53,599 nucleotides of DNA from a bacterium. Lineage in GTDB: Bacteria; SZUA-182; DTGQ01. Positions 19,426 through 30,081 of the stretch are shown here, piece by piece. Every line of letters begins with the position of its first letter. Within the stretch, counting starts at the first letter, position 1. The stretch lies in the NCBI GenBank assembly GCA_040752695.1, contig JBFMGO010000020.1:11473-65071 (forward strand), given 5' to 3'. A program made the position numbers and the translations under genes. Below the pieces are notes generated by a model. That model was given only the letters and a program-made list of their open reading frames with translations, ran no database searches and was not told where the DNA came from.

Positions 19426-20358
19426 CTAGTTCTCTTTGTCTCTGAAAATCTGGTGAGCTTCTTCGACATCCTGTTTGATTTGCCGAACCAGGGACCCCGC
19501 GCTGGGAAAGGATATTTCGTCGCGGATGCGTTTGACCAGCTCTATTTCCAGGAATTGCTGATAAAGATTGGCCCGAAGATCGAAAATATAGACTTCCACT
19601 CCGAGTGAAAAATCTCCAAAGGTGGGCCTGGGGCCGATATTGGTCAGTCCGTTGTATGTTTTCCCCTGAATCCGGACCCGAGACAGATAGACTCCATGCC
19701 TGGGAATGAGCTTGATACCGGGCGCGATATTGGCTGTCGGGAATCCCAGTTGTTTTCCCCTGCCGCACCCTGGTATGACCTTGCCGGTCAGGGTATAGTG
19801 CCTGCCCAAAAGGAGATTGGCCTTTTCCACGTTGCCCTCACGAATGTAGTTTCGGATGGCCGTACTGCTGACATTTTCTCCCTGAATACTCACCTCCTCC
19901 ACTACCTGAACCCGGAACGGGTACTGATGGGAAAATTCTTCGAGCATGGCAATGGTTCCCTTCTTGCCCCGTCCAAAGGTATGGTTATACCCCACATAAA
20001 TCTCTTTGACCTGCAATCTCTCCCAGAGAGTGTGCAGGATAAACTCCTCCGGATGCTGACTGGCGAATTCCTCGGTAAAGTTGGCACAAAGAACGATGTC
20101 CACATCCAACTCCTGAAATAACTTCATCTTCTCGTGAAAGGTAGTCAAAAGAGGCGGACACCTGTCCGGAGCGAGGATTTTCAAAGGATGCGGCTCAAAA
20201 GTGAAAACCATACTCTGAACCTTTAAAGCCCTGGCCCTCTCGGTAACTGTCTGAAGAATTTTCCGGTGCCCCAGATGTAATCCATCGAAATTGCCCAGCG
20301 TAAGCACTACGTTTTTGACATCCGGGTCGATATATTTTATTCCTCGAACGATTTTCAT
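19426..20358 (-). CDS. ribF: Riboflavin kinase/FAD synthetase
   Basis: GNFDGLHLGH, VSSTAIR, LGFPTAN, NIGPRPTF. Confidence 0.97.
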   Translation of the reverse strand: MKIVRGIKYIDPDVKNVVLTLGNFDGLHLGHRKILQTVTERARALKVQSMVFTFEPHPLKILAPDRCPPLLTTFHEKMKLFQELDVDIVLCANFTEEFASQHPEEFILHTLWERLQVKEIYVGYNHTFGRGKKGTIAMLEEFSHQYPFRVQVVEEVSIQGENVSSTAIRNYIREGNVEKANLLLGRHYTLTGKVIPGCGRGKQLGFPTANIAPGIKLIPRHGVYLSRVRIQGKTYNGLTNIGPRPTFGDFSLGVEVYIFDLRANLYQQFLEIELVKRIRDEISFPSAGSLVRQIKQDVEEAHQIFRDKEN

Positions 20359-20733
20359 TCTTCTTTTGGAATTAAATTAAGAGTGTTATTCCCTTTTGTG
20401 GATATAAACAGCAAGTAGAGAATTATATTTTACGGTTATCCAATTGTCAACCCGCTCTCAGGGATTTTCTATCTGCTCAGGTCAAAATGAGCAGAGGAGA
20501 GGGGGGTATTTTTGCACACCATCCCTCCATGACCTTGCCTGCCCAAAGAGCTCCCTGGTATCTTTGCCCTTTTTCGAAAAGGCGGGTCTCCACAACCCTT
20601 TTCCGGAAATGACAGCGCCCCTTGCCGAAATGACGGCCTCTGGTGCGCGCTGTATTTCCTTGTTATTTCGTCAAAAAAACAATCTGGTAAAAACAGGCCA
20701 TAAAATTAAATTTATTTATAAATATTTTTATAT

Positions 20734-20762
20734 TTGACAAATCATCTTAAAATTAGTATATT
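20734..20762 (+). promoter_or_regulatory. sigma70-type promoter
   Basis: TTGACA-N17-TATATT in AT-rich DNA; 12-bp IR AAAAGATATTAA/TTAATATCTTTT just downstream. Confidence 0.65.
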
Positions 20763-20894
20763 AGTTTTATTAATAAAAGATATTAATTTATTTAATATCT
20801 TTTGCATATAAAATAGTTCTATTACTTTGATTTAATATTAATTTATAAATTTATAATCTAACAAGCTATATGAACGCAACAAAGGAGCAGGAAG

Positions 20895-23828
20895 ATGAAA
20901 AAAAAGTTGGTACAAACCATAACAAAGGTTTTAAAATCAGTAATTGTCTTAACCCTACTGCTAACCGCAGGAGCAACCTGTATCCCACAGGCCAGGGCTG
21001 ACAGCGGCACTATCGGTCAGAGCCAGGCTGTGCAACAAGGAGTAAACTGGCTGATCAAGAGTCAATCAGAAGGGGGCGCTTGGGAGCCCTATTCCGTAGT
21101 TCAGGGAAATTCGCTGGCCATCCGGGCTTTTGTGGCTATGAAGAGCCGGGCTTCGTCCAAATGTAACCTTCTGCTCAAAAGGCTGAAGGAATTACAATCC
21201 TCTGATGGAAGCTGGAATGAGAACATCGTGGATACGGCATATGCAGTATGGGCCTTAATCGATGCCGGTGAGGATAAAAAATCCCCGGTCATTCAAAGCG
21301 CTGTCTTGTGGCTGAGTGCCGGGAGCGATTTCAGCGATACGACTGCGGGAAATACCAAGGTTGTTTCATTAACCTTAATCGCCCTTTTGAAGGCTGGTGA
21401 AACCTCACCGCTTTTAAGCGATGGAATAGCATGGTTGAAGGATAACCAGAATCAGGATGGATTTTGGGGCACAAGTGCTGGTGAGCCGAGTGTGCCCTGG
21501 GTAAAGGAAGCAGTCATGGCTTTGATTCTGGCAGAATCACCGTCCAGTACCCAGGTAAAAAGCGCGGTATCGTATCTTCGCACCCACTATGTGGAATACT
21601 ATGGATACGATGCCATAGAGGGGCTCGAAGTGTTCACCTGTGCCGGTGATGCCGAATACATCCAGATTGGCCAGACAAAGGTTTTGTCAGAGCAAAACGG
21701 GCAGGATTCCGGATGGGGTAAATTCCCCGACTGGCCCAGCCAGAATGCGGAAACAGCCAAGGCTGTCTTCACCCTGGCCCAAAGCGGCTATAACGGCGAT
21801 CCGCTGAATCGCGCCTTTAAATGGATAGAAGTGCATCTTTCAGATACAGGAGATTATGAGGGTGACTATGCAGTAGTGCCCTCAACAGCCTGGGCCATTT
21901 TGGGACTTTCCGCGGTACAGGATGCACCCGCATCGGTCATCGATCAGGCCGTTGACCTTCTCATCGGCTCTCAGAACGGCGGGTGGGGCTGGTGGAGTAT
22001 CTACCATCCGGAGACTGTCGGCAGTGAAACGGATACGACCGCCATTTGTGCCTGGGCTTTGCACGGAAGCGGAAAAGAAGCAGGCTCAATAGCCATACAG
22101 CAGGCAGCGGCAGCATTACGGTATGGTCAAAACGATGATGGCGGCTGGGGTGCCGCATGGTTGATGCCGGGCAAAAGCACGGTTTCTTCCACCAATTGTG
22201 CCTTAATTGCCGTACTCTGTGCGGGAGACGGCCAACCAGACGAGAGCATCGATCGGGCGGTTCAGTATCTGGTAGCGAACAGCGTGGACAGCCATTGGGA
22301 AAGCGTAGGCCAGACAGCCATGTCCGTAATCGCCCTTCAGAAAATCCCGGGTAACGAACAGGTAGTAGAGGGAGCTCTGGAATGGCTGATCCAGAATCAG
22401 AATGAAGATGGTGGCTGGGGAATGAGAAAGGGTGAAGTGAGCTCCATTGCCAGCACTGCCATAACCATGATCGCTCTTTCAGAATGCAGGAAGGCACAAA
22501 TTCCCGCTATGGCCAGAGGGGCTGCCTTTCTCAGGGCCGTTCAAAACACCGATGGAGGATGGAGCGATCTGGCCGGAGTCCCCTCAAGCAATACGGCCGG
22601 TACCAGCCAGGCTGTCTGGGCACTGGCCCTGGCTGAAGAATACCTTCCTTCTCCTGAGCTTGAGATAGCTCTGGATCAAAAGAGATATTGTCCAGGTAAT
22701 CTGGTTGTGGCAAGAGCTTCATCGAGTAGTGAGATTCTTCATTTCAATGGCCGTCTTATCAGTCCATCGGGGAAAATCACCCTCCTTGACTTTTCCCCTG
22801 TCTCTGCACCAGCCCCTGTCGCTGACAACCTCGATGAGGGCGACGGTTCTATGAAGTTGCTCTATCAGGCGATCTTTTACCTGGATACCAATGCTCCGGC
22901 AGGTACGTACCTCCTGACACTGAACGCTGATTCTCCAGCGGAAAACGACAGCAGCACTGCCGCATCTTTCTCGGTCTACCCTGTGCACTCCTGTTTCAGG
23001 GATGCGGATAGTGACGGCTTCGGTGATCCCGGGAGCTCTCTTTTGGCCAGTCAGGCGCAGGACCGGTTTGTGCCAGATTATGGGGATTGTGACGACAGGG
23101 ATTCGAATATCAATCCTGCTGCCTTAGAGATGTGCGACGAACTGGATAATAATTGTAATGGACAGATCGACGAGGAATTATCCCGCTGTTGCGGGGCGGG
23201 GGAGTGTCCTGCCCAGTCATGCGATGAAGGCAATTCAGGAGAAATAAAAATCGAAGGGGCCAGAGGGATGCTGGGAGAGGAAATAAAGATTGCGGTTAGT
23301 ATTCAAGATCCGTCTTTACCGCTTTTTTCCCTTGGCTTTCATGTTACCTATGAGGCAGGTGTTTTGGAGTATCTGGGCTTTGAACGCGGTGACCTGGTTA
23401 CTGCTTTTCCTCTTTTCGGAGTCGATCAGGCTGCTGGAACCCTCAAGGTGAGTGGGTCCATTTCCCAGGATTCAATTCCTGAAGGAACAAACGGTTGTGT
23501 GGTCTGGCTGAAGTTCATGGTACTGGCAGCCCCGGATGATACTACCTGTTCTCCCTTGCAGATTGGAGGATTGAGTGACCATATAGCTTGTTTTTCCTCA
23601 AAAGATGGCTGCTTTCTGTATATCCGCAACGAAGATGTCAACAAAGATGGAAACATTACCTTAGAGGATGCACGTATGGTCTTTGATGGTTACTTTGGTC
23701 TCGGTCCCTCTTTCGATTACTTCGACCTCAACGGGGATGGTGAGGTTACTCCAGTTGATGCTCTTATTATCTTTAGAAAGTGCCAGGATAAAGCTCTCGA
23801 TCTATCGGACGTTTCTTTCGGAAATTGA
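20895..23828 (+). CDS. Secreted protein: prenyltransferase/squalene-cyclase repeats, MopE-like Cys/Asp repeat, cohesin and dockerin
   Basis: Signal peptide; repeated QNxDGGW (QW) motifs; GDCDD..INP...E.CD.LDNNCNGQIDE; GFHVTYEAGVLEY cohesin-like strand; paired DVNKDGNIT..DA / DLNGDGEVT.VDAL. Confidence 0.8.
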   Translation: MKKKLVQTITKVLKSVIVLTLLLTAGATCIPQARADSGTIGQSQAVQQGVNWLIKSQSEGGAWEPYSVVQGNSLAIRAFVAMKSRASSKCNLLLKRLKELQSSDGSWNENIVDTAYAVWALIDAGEDKKSPVIQSAVLWLSAGSDFSDTTAGNTKVVSLTLIALLKAGETSPLLSDGIAWLKDNQNQDGFWGTSAGEPSVPWVKEAVMALILAESPSSTQVKSAVSYLRTHYVEYYGYDAIEGLEVFTCAGDAEYIQIGQTKVLSEQNGQDSGWGKFPDWPSQNAETAKAVFTLAQSGYNGDPLNRAFKWIEVHLSDTGDYEGDYAVVPSTAWAILGLSAVQDAPASVIDQAVDLLIGSQNGGWGWWSIYHPETVGSETDTTAICAWALHGSGKEAGSIAIQQAAAALRYGQNDDGGWGAAWLMPGKSTVSSTNCALIAVLCAGDGQPDESIDRAVQYLVANSVDSHWESVGQTAMSVIALQKIPGNEQVVEGALEWLIQNQNEDGGWGMRKGEVSSIASTAITMIALSECRKAQIPAMARGAAFLRAVQNTDGGWSDLAGVPSSNTAGTSQAVWALALAEEYLPSPELEIALDQKRYCPGNLVVARASSSSEILHFNGRLISPSGKITLLDFSPVSAPAPVADNLDEGDGSMKLLYQAIFYLDTNAPAGTYLLTLNADSPAENDSSTAASFSVYPVHSCFRDADSDGFGDPGSSLLASQAQDRFVPDYGDCDDRDSNINPAALEMCDELDNNCNGQIDEELSRCCGAGECPAQSCDEGNSGEIKIEGARGMLGEEIKIAVSIQDPSLPLFSLGFHVTYEAGVLEYLGFERGDLVTAFPLFGVDQAAGTLKVSGSISQDSIPEGTNGCVVWLKFMVLAAPDDTTCSPLQIGGLSDHIACFSSKDGCFLYIRNEDVNKDGNITLEDARMVFDGYFGLGPSFDYFDLNGDGEVTPVDALIIFRKCQDKALDLSDVSFGN

Positions 23829-23960
23829 CGGCAATTTTTCCACCAGAGTGACCATCATCCCCACCCTTTTTGAAGAGGCCCAAAACAAAGGTCAAAGGGC
23901 ACCGCCTTCTTTTCGCTCCTCCCCTCACGGGGGAGGGGCGGCCTTTGTGGCGGCCGGAAT

Positions 23961-24776
23961 TCAGCGGATCTCTTCAGCCAGGATTTTCAAAGCATCCTCA
24001 ACCGAGATATTCTCGTGAACCATTTTGCAGATTGCCCTGACCATAGCCTGCTTCTTTTCGTGCTGGAAAATATTGCGTCCGATGGAAACCCCTGACCCGC
24101 CTGCCTCCAGGGAATTCTTGATAATGTGCAGGATTTCCCGCTCGTTTTTCGTTTTTTCGCCTCCGGCAATCAGGACAGGGATGGGGCATCCTTCGACGAC
24201 TTTCTGGAAAGAGTCTTTCGAGCCGGTATAGCTTACTTTGACCAGATCAGCTCCGAGTTCGGCTGCGATCCTTGCGGCATGTTTTACTCCCTCAACGGAG
24301 CTTTCCTCCTGGAATTTCTCACCCCGCGTGTACATCATGGCTAAAAGAGGCATGCCCCATTCCAGACATTTTATGGAGACTTCCCCAAGATCACGGAGCA
24401 TCTGCGATTCACTCTCTGCCCCGATATTGATATGAACAGAGACTGCGTCAGCTCCGATTCTTAAGGCCATTTCAACGGTATTGACCAAAACCTTCGCATT
24501 CGGATCAGGTGCCCAGACCGTACTTCCTGAAAGGTGGAGAATCAGCCCTATGTCTCTCCCGTGCTTGCGATGGCCGTGGAGTGGCAGCCCAATGTGCCCG
24601 AGGACAGCATTGGCTCCCCCCTCGGCAATCTCGTTGACCATCTCCCGCATATCAACGAGTCCCTGAATCGGGCCGAGGGTCACCCCGTGGTCCATGGGCA
24701 CAACGACGGTTCGATTGGTGTTTCGGTTGATAATTCTCTCCATCCGAATGTTTTTCCCTATACCCATCATGGCCAT
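23961..24776 (-). CDS. 2-amino-3,7-dideoxy-D-threo-hept-6-ulosonate synthase-like class I aldolase (AroA'/DhnA family)
   Basis: PMDHG, LILHLSGST, AAELGADLVK, IAGG, IGRNIFQH. Confidence 0.85.
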   Translation of the reverse strand: MAMMGIGKNIRMERIINRNTNRTVVVPMDHGVTLGPIQGLVDMREMVNEIAEGGANAVLGHIGLPLHGHRKHGRDIGLILHLSGSTVWAPDPNAKVLVNTVEMALRIGADAVSVHINIGAESESQMLRDLGEVSIKCLEWGMPLLAMMYTRGEKFQEESSVEGVKHAARIAAELGADLVKVSYTGSKDSFQKVVEGCPIPVLIAGGEKTKNEREILHIIKNSLEAGGSGVSIGRNIFQHEKKQAMVRAICKMVHENISVEDALKILAEEIR

Positions 24777-24931
24777 ATTATCCTTTCTGATTTATTTTAT
24801 CTTGACTCCAGGCTGGAGGTATATTAAATCAAGGAAATATTTTATAAATATCTTTACGATGCGCGATACGTTGACGGAATTTTATTTCAAAGACTGATAC
24901 AATTTTTTGCATTCTCAACCGAAATTTATTT

Positions 24932-27379
24932 TCATGAATTACCAAGGCTGTTTGTCTCCTCTGGGCAAGTATCTCCTTGAAACAACAACTGGTAAACCTC
25001 ATCGAACCGTTTGACATAATGGACGGTCAGGCCCTCCTTGATGTAGGCTGGGAGCTCGTCGAAGTCTTTTTTATTTTCCCAGGGGAAGAGTAATTCTTTG
25101 ATGTTCGCCCTGCGCGAGGCGATGATCTTTTCCTTTAATCCTCCAATAGGCAGAACCTGGCCGGTGAGAGTAATCTCTCCGGTCATGGCGATTTCCGGGG
25201 ACACCGGTTTTTGCAGCACCAGAGAAAGGAGTGCCGTGGCCATGGTTATACCGGCCGACGGGCCATCTTTGGGAGTGGCTCCTGCAGGAACATGGAGGTG
25301 AACGAAGTGCTCATCGAAATATTTGGGATTTGCCTGGTATCTGGCCAGAGACGACATGATATAGCTATAGGCGATTTCAGAGGACTCAATCATAACCTCT
25401 CCCAGTTGCCCTGTTTGTTTGAATCCTTTTCGCCTGGATAAAATTCCCGCTGCCTCGATCGACAGGATGGCTCCTCCTGTCTCGGTCCAGGCCAGGCCGG
25501 TAACCAGGCCGGGGATTCTCTCCTTATTGATTTCGTCCCTGGAAAAGACAGGCATACCGAGGTACTGGGCAAGGTTTTCCGGGGTAATGGTCACGGCTTT
25601 CCTCGCTCCGCCGGCAAAATGCCTGGCTGCTTTGCGGCAGATTTTTTTTATCTGATTTTCCAGACTCCGAACCCCGGCTTCACGAGCATACTGGTCGATC
25701 ATCTGTTTGAGTGCATCATCCTGAATGACCAGTTTTTTCCTGTTCAGCCCATGATTTTTGATTTGTTTGGGGATGAGAAACCTTTTGGCGATCTCGATCT
25801 TCTCTTCCAGCACATAGCCGGAAAGCCTCAGGATCTCCATCCGGTCAAGAAGGGGGGCGGGGATGGTATCGGGCTGATTGGCCGTAGCGATAAAAAGAAT
25901 ATTGGAAAGATCGAACCGGACGTCAAGAAAATGGTCTAAAAATTCAACATTTTGCTCTGGATCAAGTACCTCCAGCAACGCGGATGCGGGATCGCCCTGA
26001 AAGCTTTTTCCCACCTTATCGATTTCATCCAGCATAATGACCGGGTTCTGTGTCTGGACCACTTTAAGGCTCTGGATGAATTTTCCTGGCATGGCGCCGA
26101 TATAGGTTCGTCTGTGGCCTTTGATCTCGGCTTCGTCCCGCATTCCGCCAAGGGAGAAGCGGTAAAATTTTCTCCCGAGTGTCCGGGCGATGGATTTACC
26201 GAGCGAGGTCTTCCCCACTCCCGGCGGACCGATGAGGCAGAGGATGGAGCCGGTGATGTTCTTGCGGAGTTTTCCGACGCTGATAAATTCAAGAATTCTT
26301 TCCTTGACATCTTCCAGGCCGTAGTGATCCTGGTCGAGAATCTTTTGGGCTGATTCCTGATCGTAATTGTCTTTCGACTGTTTTCCCCATGGCAGGCTGG
26401 TCAGCCATTCCAGGTAATTATAGGAGACATGGTACTCGGGGGATGCGGGCTCGAGGAGCGAAATTTTCTCCAACTCCTCGTTGACGACCTTCATCGCTTC
26501 CTGGCTGAATTTGAGTTTTTTCAGCCGCTTGATATACCGTTCCACAGCAGCGGTGCGGTCATCCTTAATGATGCCCAGTTCCTTCTGTATAGCTCTGAGC
26601 TGTTCCTTGAGGAAAAAGGTGCGCTGGTGTTTGGAGATCTTATCTTCGATCTGCCGGGTAATTTTGGCCTGGAGCCTGGTCACGTCCAGCTCTTTGCGCA
26701 GGAGAAGGAGCACTTTATCGATTCTTTCCCTGATCTTGAAGGTTTCCAGCACGTCCTGGAGCTGCTCCCGGTCCGCCGTGGTCAAAGAGGCCGCAAAATC
26801 GGCTAATTTTCCGGGCTCTTCCAGAGTGGACCTAGTCAGGAATATCTTCAATTCCTCTTTAAACAAAGGGTTAAGCTTCAACAGTTCCTTGATGGAGGAA
26901 ACAACAGCCATGGAATAGGCTTTCAGCTCTTCATTCATGGAGAACTTGGCCTCGTGGTGATATTCCACTTTTCCGATCGGATAAGGATACTGCGTTACCA
27001 TGTCCTGGAGACGGACCCTTTCCTGGGAGGAGATCAAAACGTGCAGTTCGTTCGTTTCCGTAGGGATAAGTTTGAGGATTTTGGCAGCCACTCCCACCGG
27101 GAAGATATCCTCCAGACTGTATGTTTCCTTCTCCTCTTCTTCCTCTCCCCTGGTCAGGAACAGCCCCACGGTTTTATGCGCGGATTGATAGACGGTCTCA
27201 ATGGCATTTTTCAGAGTATCATTTTCAATGATTATGGGTATAACGATCCCAGGAAAGATTGGACGGTCATTGATTGGAATAACGGCAAGATTTTCCGGAA
27301 GGACCTCGGTAGCCAGAACAATCCGTTTTTCATCCTGCTCTAATTGTGATTCCAGTATGTTTTGGTTTTCACTTCCCAT
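24932..27379 (-). CDS. lon: Lon protease
   Basis: GPPGVGKTS Walker A; PKDGPSAG catalytic Ser; GGLKEK. Confidence 0.97.
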   Translation of the reverse strand: MGSENQNILESQLEQDEKRIVLATEVLPENLAVIPINDRPIFPGIVIPIIIENDTLKNAIETVYQSAHKTVGLFLTRGEEEEEKETYSLEDIFPVGVAAKILKLIPTETNELHVLISSQERVRLQDMVTQYPYPIGKVEYHHEAKFSMNEELKAYSMAVVSSIKELLKLNPLFKEELKIFLTRSTLEEPGKLADFAASLTTADREQLQDVLETFKIRERIDKVLLLLRKELDVTRLQAKITRQIEDKISKHQRTFFLKEQLRAIQKELGIIKDDRTAAVERYIKRLKKLKFSQEAMKVVNEELEKISLLEPASPEYHVSYNYLEWLTSLPWGKQSKDNYDQESAQKILDQDHYGLEDVKERILEFISVGKLRKNITGSILCLIGPPGVGKTSLGKSIARTLGRKFYRFSLGGMRDEAEIKGHRRTYIGAMPGKFIQSLKVVQTQNPVIMLDEIDKVGKSFQGDPASALLEVLDPEQNVEFLDHFLDVRFDLSNILFIATANQPDTIPAPLLDRMEILRLSGYVLEEKIEIAKRFLIPKQIKNHGLNRKKLVIQDDALKQMIDQYAREAGVRSLENQIKKICRKAARHFAGGARKAVTITPENLAQYLGMPVFSRDEINKERIPGLVTGLAWTETGGAILSIEAAGILSRRKGFKQTGQLGEVMIESSEIAYSYIMSSLARYQANPKYFDEHFVHLHVPAGATPKDGPSAGITMATALLSLVLQKPVSPEIAMTGEITLTGQVLPIGGLKEKIIASRRANIKELLFPWENKKDFDELPAYIKEGLTVHYVKRFDEVYQLLFQGDTCPEETNSLGNS

Positions 27380-27466
27380 AAGTAATCTTTAAAAAACTCC
27401 TTCTCTTAATCCATTGATAAGAATGTATATCCAAAACTGAATTTATAACATAGTCTTAGACACAAT

Positions 27467-27483
27467 AGCAAGAGAAAAACCAA
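27467..27483 (-). promoter_or_regulatory. Possible sigma54 promoter for lon
   Basis: TTGGTTTTTCTCTTGCT (GG-N10-GC with TTGC) ~90 bp upstream of lon. Confidence 0.4.
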
Positions 27484-27647
27484 TTTTCCAGGCTTTAAGG
27501 GCCACCTTTTTAACGATACCGGGCCGGAGAATTTCAGAATCGTCCTGCCGGTTTTTCTCTTCGTAAACTTCTGTTGGAAAGGACGAATAAGAATCCAAAG
27601 GCGGATCTTGAAAAATACACCTGAAGATCCATGATGAAGGGGAAACC

Positions 27648-29399
27648 ATGAGGATTGAATTAGAGCCGTCGATATCGATCCAGCAGCTATCGAAAGCTAT
27701 CCACAAGACACCGGAAGAAATTGAAAGCTCTTTGCGTACCATGGGAAAGACCGTCTATGCCGGAGATGGGCTGAAAGTTGATCAGGCCATCTGGATCGCG
27801 GAGCAGGAGGGCTTTCGGGTCGAAATACTGACCCGCGGCAACGAAGATGTTCTGTCCATAGAGCCGGGGAAAAAAACGGCGGTTCAAAGCCGTCCGCCGG
27901 TAGTAACGGTCATGGGGCATGTAGACCATGGGAAAACGCTCCTCCTCGATGCTGTCCGGCATACCAATCTGGCTGACCAGGAGCCGGGGTCCATAACCCA
28001 GCACATTGGAGCTTACCGGATTCACCTCGACGGCGGGGATATCACCTTTTTGGATACTCCGGGTCATGAGGCCTTTGCATCCATGAGGGCCACAGGTGCA
28101 CAGGTAACGGATATCGTGGTCCTGGTGGTGGCAGCAGACGAGGGGGTCAAACCCCAGACTGTCGAGGCGATTCACCACGCACAGGCTGCCCATGTCCCGG
28201 TTATCGCGGCTGTCAATAAGATCGACAGGCCGCAGGCCAATCCCCTCAGAGTCCGGGAGGAGCTGGCCAGGTATGGATTAATTCCCGAAGAATGGCAGGG
28301 AGATACCATCTGCGTGGACATTTCCGCCAAGTATCACCGGAACCTGGATCAATTGCTAGAAATGATTTTACTTCTGGCTGAAATCATGGAACTGAAGGCT
28401 GACCCCAAAAGAATGGCCAGGGGAACGGTTTTGGAAAGTAAAATGGACCCGCAACTTGGCCCTACAGCCACCGTGCTGATCCAGGACGGCACCCTGCGGC
28501 TGAGAGACTTTTTCACCTGTGGCCAAACCTTCGGCAGAGTTCGTCTCATGATGAATGAATGGGGAAAGCGGATAAAAACGGCACCGCCTTCGACGCCGGT
28601 TCAAATTTCCCATTTCTCCGAGGTTCCAAGAGCCGGTGACCCCTTCCTGGCCATAGCCGGAGAAAAAGAAGCCAGGAAGCTGGCCGATTTGATCGGCCAA
28701 AAGGGCCAGGGGATAGACAGGGTCAAGCGGCCAGCTACCCTGGTGGAAATTCAGCGCCAGATTCAAAAGGAGGCAATCCCTGAATTGCCCATCGTCCTCA
28801 AGGTGGATGTCTACGGATCATTGCAGCCCATTTTTCAGTCCCTGCAAAATCTTGTCGTTCCAGGAACAAGAATTACCATAATCCATAGCGGGGTTGGAGC
28901 GATCAGCGAATCGGATGTTCTGCTCGCTTCTCCTGCCCGCGCACTCATTACCGGATTTAACGTCAAGGCAGACAGCAAGGCCGAACTGATGGCACAGCAA
29001 AAAGACGTGGAAATCCGGATCTATAGTGTCATCTATGACCTGATCAACGGGGTGGCCAGGCTCGCTCAGGGGCTCGTTGTCCCCCACTACCGGGAAGAGA
29101 TTATCGGCAAGGGCGAGCTTATCAGGGTCTTCCATGTCCCCAGAGTGGGTGTCGTGGCAGGCTGCCTTGTTCAGGATGGCAAGTTTATCAAAGGGTACCA
29201 GGCCAGAGTCATCCGCAAGGGGATTATTCTTCATACCGGCCAAATCATCTCCCTGAAGCACTACGACCAGTTCGTGGATGAGGTCCCAAAAGAAGATACC
29301 TGCGGTATCGTACTGTCAGGCGGATTCACACGCTATCAGGCCAAAGACCAGATCGAGGTCTTTATCCGCGAAGAAATTCCATGGGAGGGGAGTGAGTGA
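27648..29399 (+). CDS. infB: Translation initiation factor IF-2, short divergent form
   Basis: [36 protein letters not shown]; single IF2_N repeat; 583 aa. Confidence 0.88.
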   Translation: MRIELEPSISIQQLSKAIHKTPEEIESSLRTMGKTVYAGDGLKVDQAIWIAEQEGFRVEILTRGNEDVLSIEPGKKTAVQSRPPVVTVMGHVDHGKTLLLDAVRHTNLADQEPGSITQHIGAYRIHLDGGDITFLDTPGHEAFASMRATGAQVTDIVVLVVAADEGVKPQTVEAIHHAQAAHVPVIAAVNKIDRPQANPLRVREELARYGLIPEEWQGDTICVDISAKYHRNLDQLLEMILLLAEIMELKADPKRMARGTVLESKMDPQLGPTATVLIQDGTLRLRDFFTCGQTFGRVRLMMNEWGKRIKTAPPSTPVQISHFSEVPRAGDPFLAIAGEKEARKLADLIGQKGQGIDRVKRPATLVEIQRQIQKEAIPELPIVLKVDVYGSLQPIFQSLQNLVVPGTRITIIHSGVGAISESDVLLASPARALITGFNVKADSKAELMAQQKDVEIRIYSVIYDLINGVARLAQGLVVPHYREEIIGKGELIRVFHVPRVGVVAGCLVQDGKFIKGYQARVIRKGIILHTGQIISLKHYDQFVDEVPKEDTCGIVLSGGFTRYQAKDQIEVFIREEIPWEGSE

Positions 29400-29537
29400 A
29401 TCCTTCCCATTTTCATCCAGGTATTCTTACCGGTTTGATCACGATGAGGATTTTTTGAAAAATACCATTGAATAGAGTTGATAGATACCCTATAATTTTA
29501 AGACCGGTTGTTATCCGTATACGAGGAGCTGATAATC

Positions 29538-30077
29538 GTGGCTGAGCCATGGAAAGAAACCGAGGAGTATTTTGAAATTGTAAACCAGCAAGGAGAAATT
29601 CTGGGAGTAGCCCCGCGATCCGTCTGTCATGGCAATCCTGCCCTGATTCACCGCGTGATTCATGTTCTGGTCTTTAACCATGATGGCAAGCTTTTGCTGC
29701 AAAAAAGGTCCCTGAACAAGGACATTCAACCCGGAAAATGGGATACTTCCGTGGGTGGACATCTGGCAGTCGGCGAGTCGTTTGAAGAGGCTGCCTATCG
29801 AGAAATGAAAGAGGAATTATCTATTCAAGACGTCCCGATCCGCTCCCTCTATCAATATATCTGGAGGTCGGAAGTTGAAACGGAATTAGTGAAGACTTTT
29901 ATTTGCCGTTTTGATGGCCAGATCATCTACGATAGGAATGAGATAGAGGATGTCCGGTTCTGGGATATGGACAGTTTACTCTCTCGGGTCGATACCGGCC
30001 CTTTTACTCCAAACTTGAAAGAGGAGTTGCACAAGTACCTTTGCTGGAAGAAGCTCCAATCAAGGAAAAAGGAATGA
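29538..30077 (+). CDS. NUDIX hydrolase (IDI/YfcD-like)
   Basis: LLLQKRS, WDTSVGGH, GESFEEAAYREMKEEL nudix box. Confidence 0.9.
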   Translation: MAEPWKETEEYFEIVNQQGEILGVAPRSVCHGNPALIHRVIHVLVFNHDGKLLLQKRSLNKDIQPGKWDTSVGGHLAVGESFEEAAYREMKEELSIQDVPIRSLYQYIWRSEVETELVKTFICRFDGQIIYDRNEIEDVRFWDMDSLLSRVDTGPFTPNLKEELHKYLCWKKLQSRKKE

Positions 30078-30081
30078 GAAG

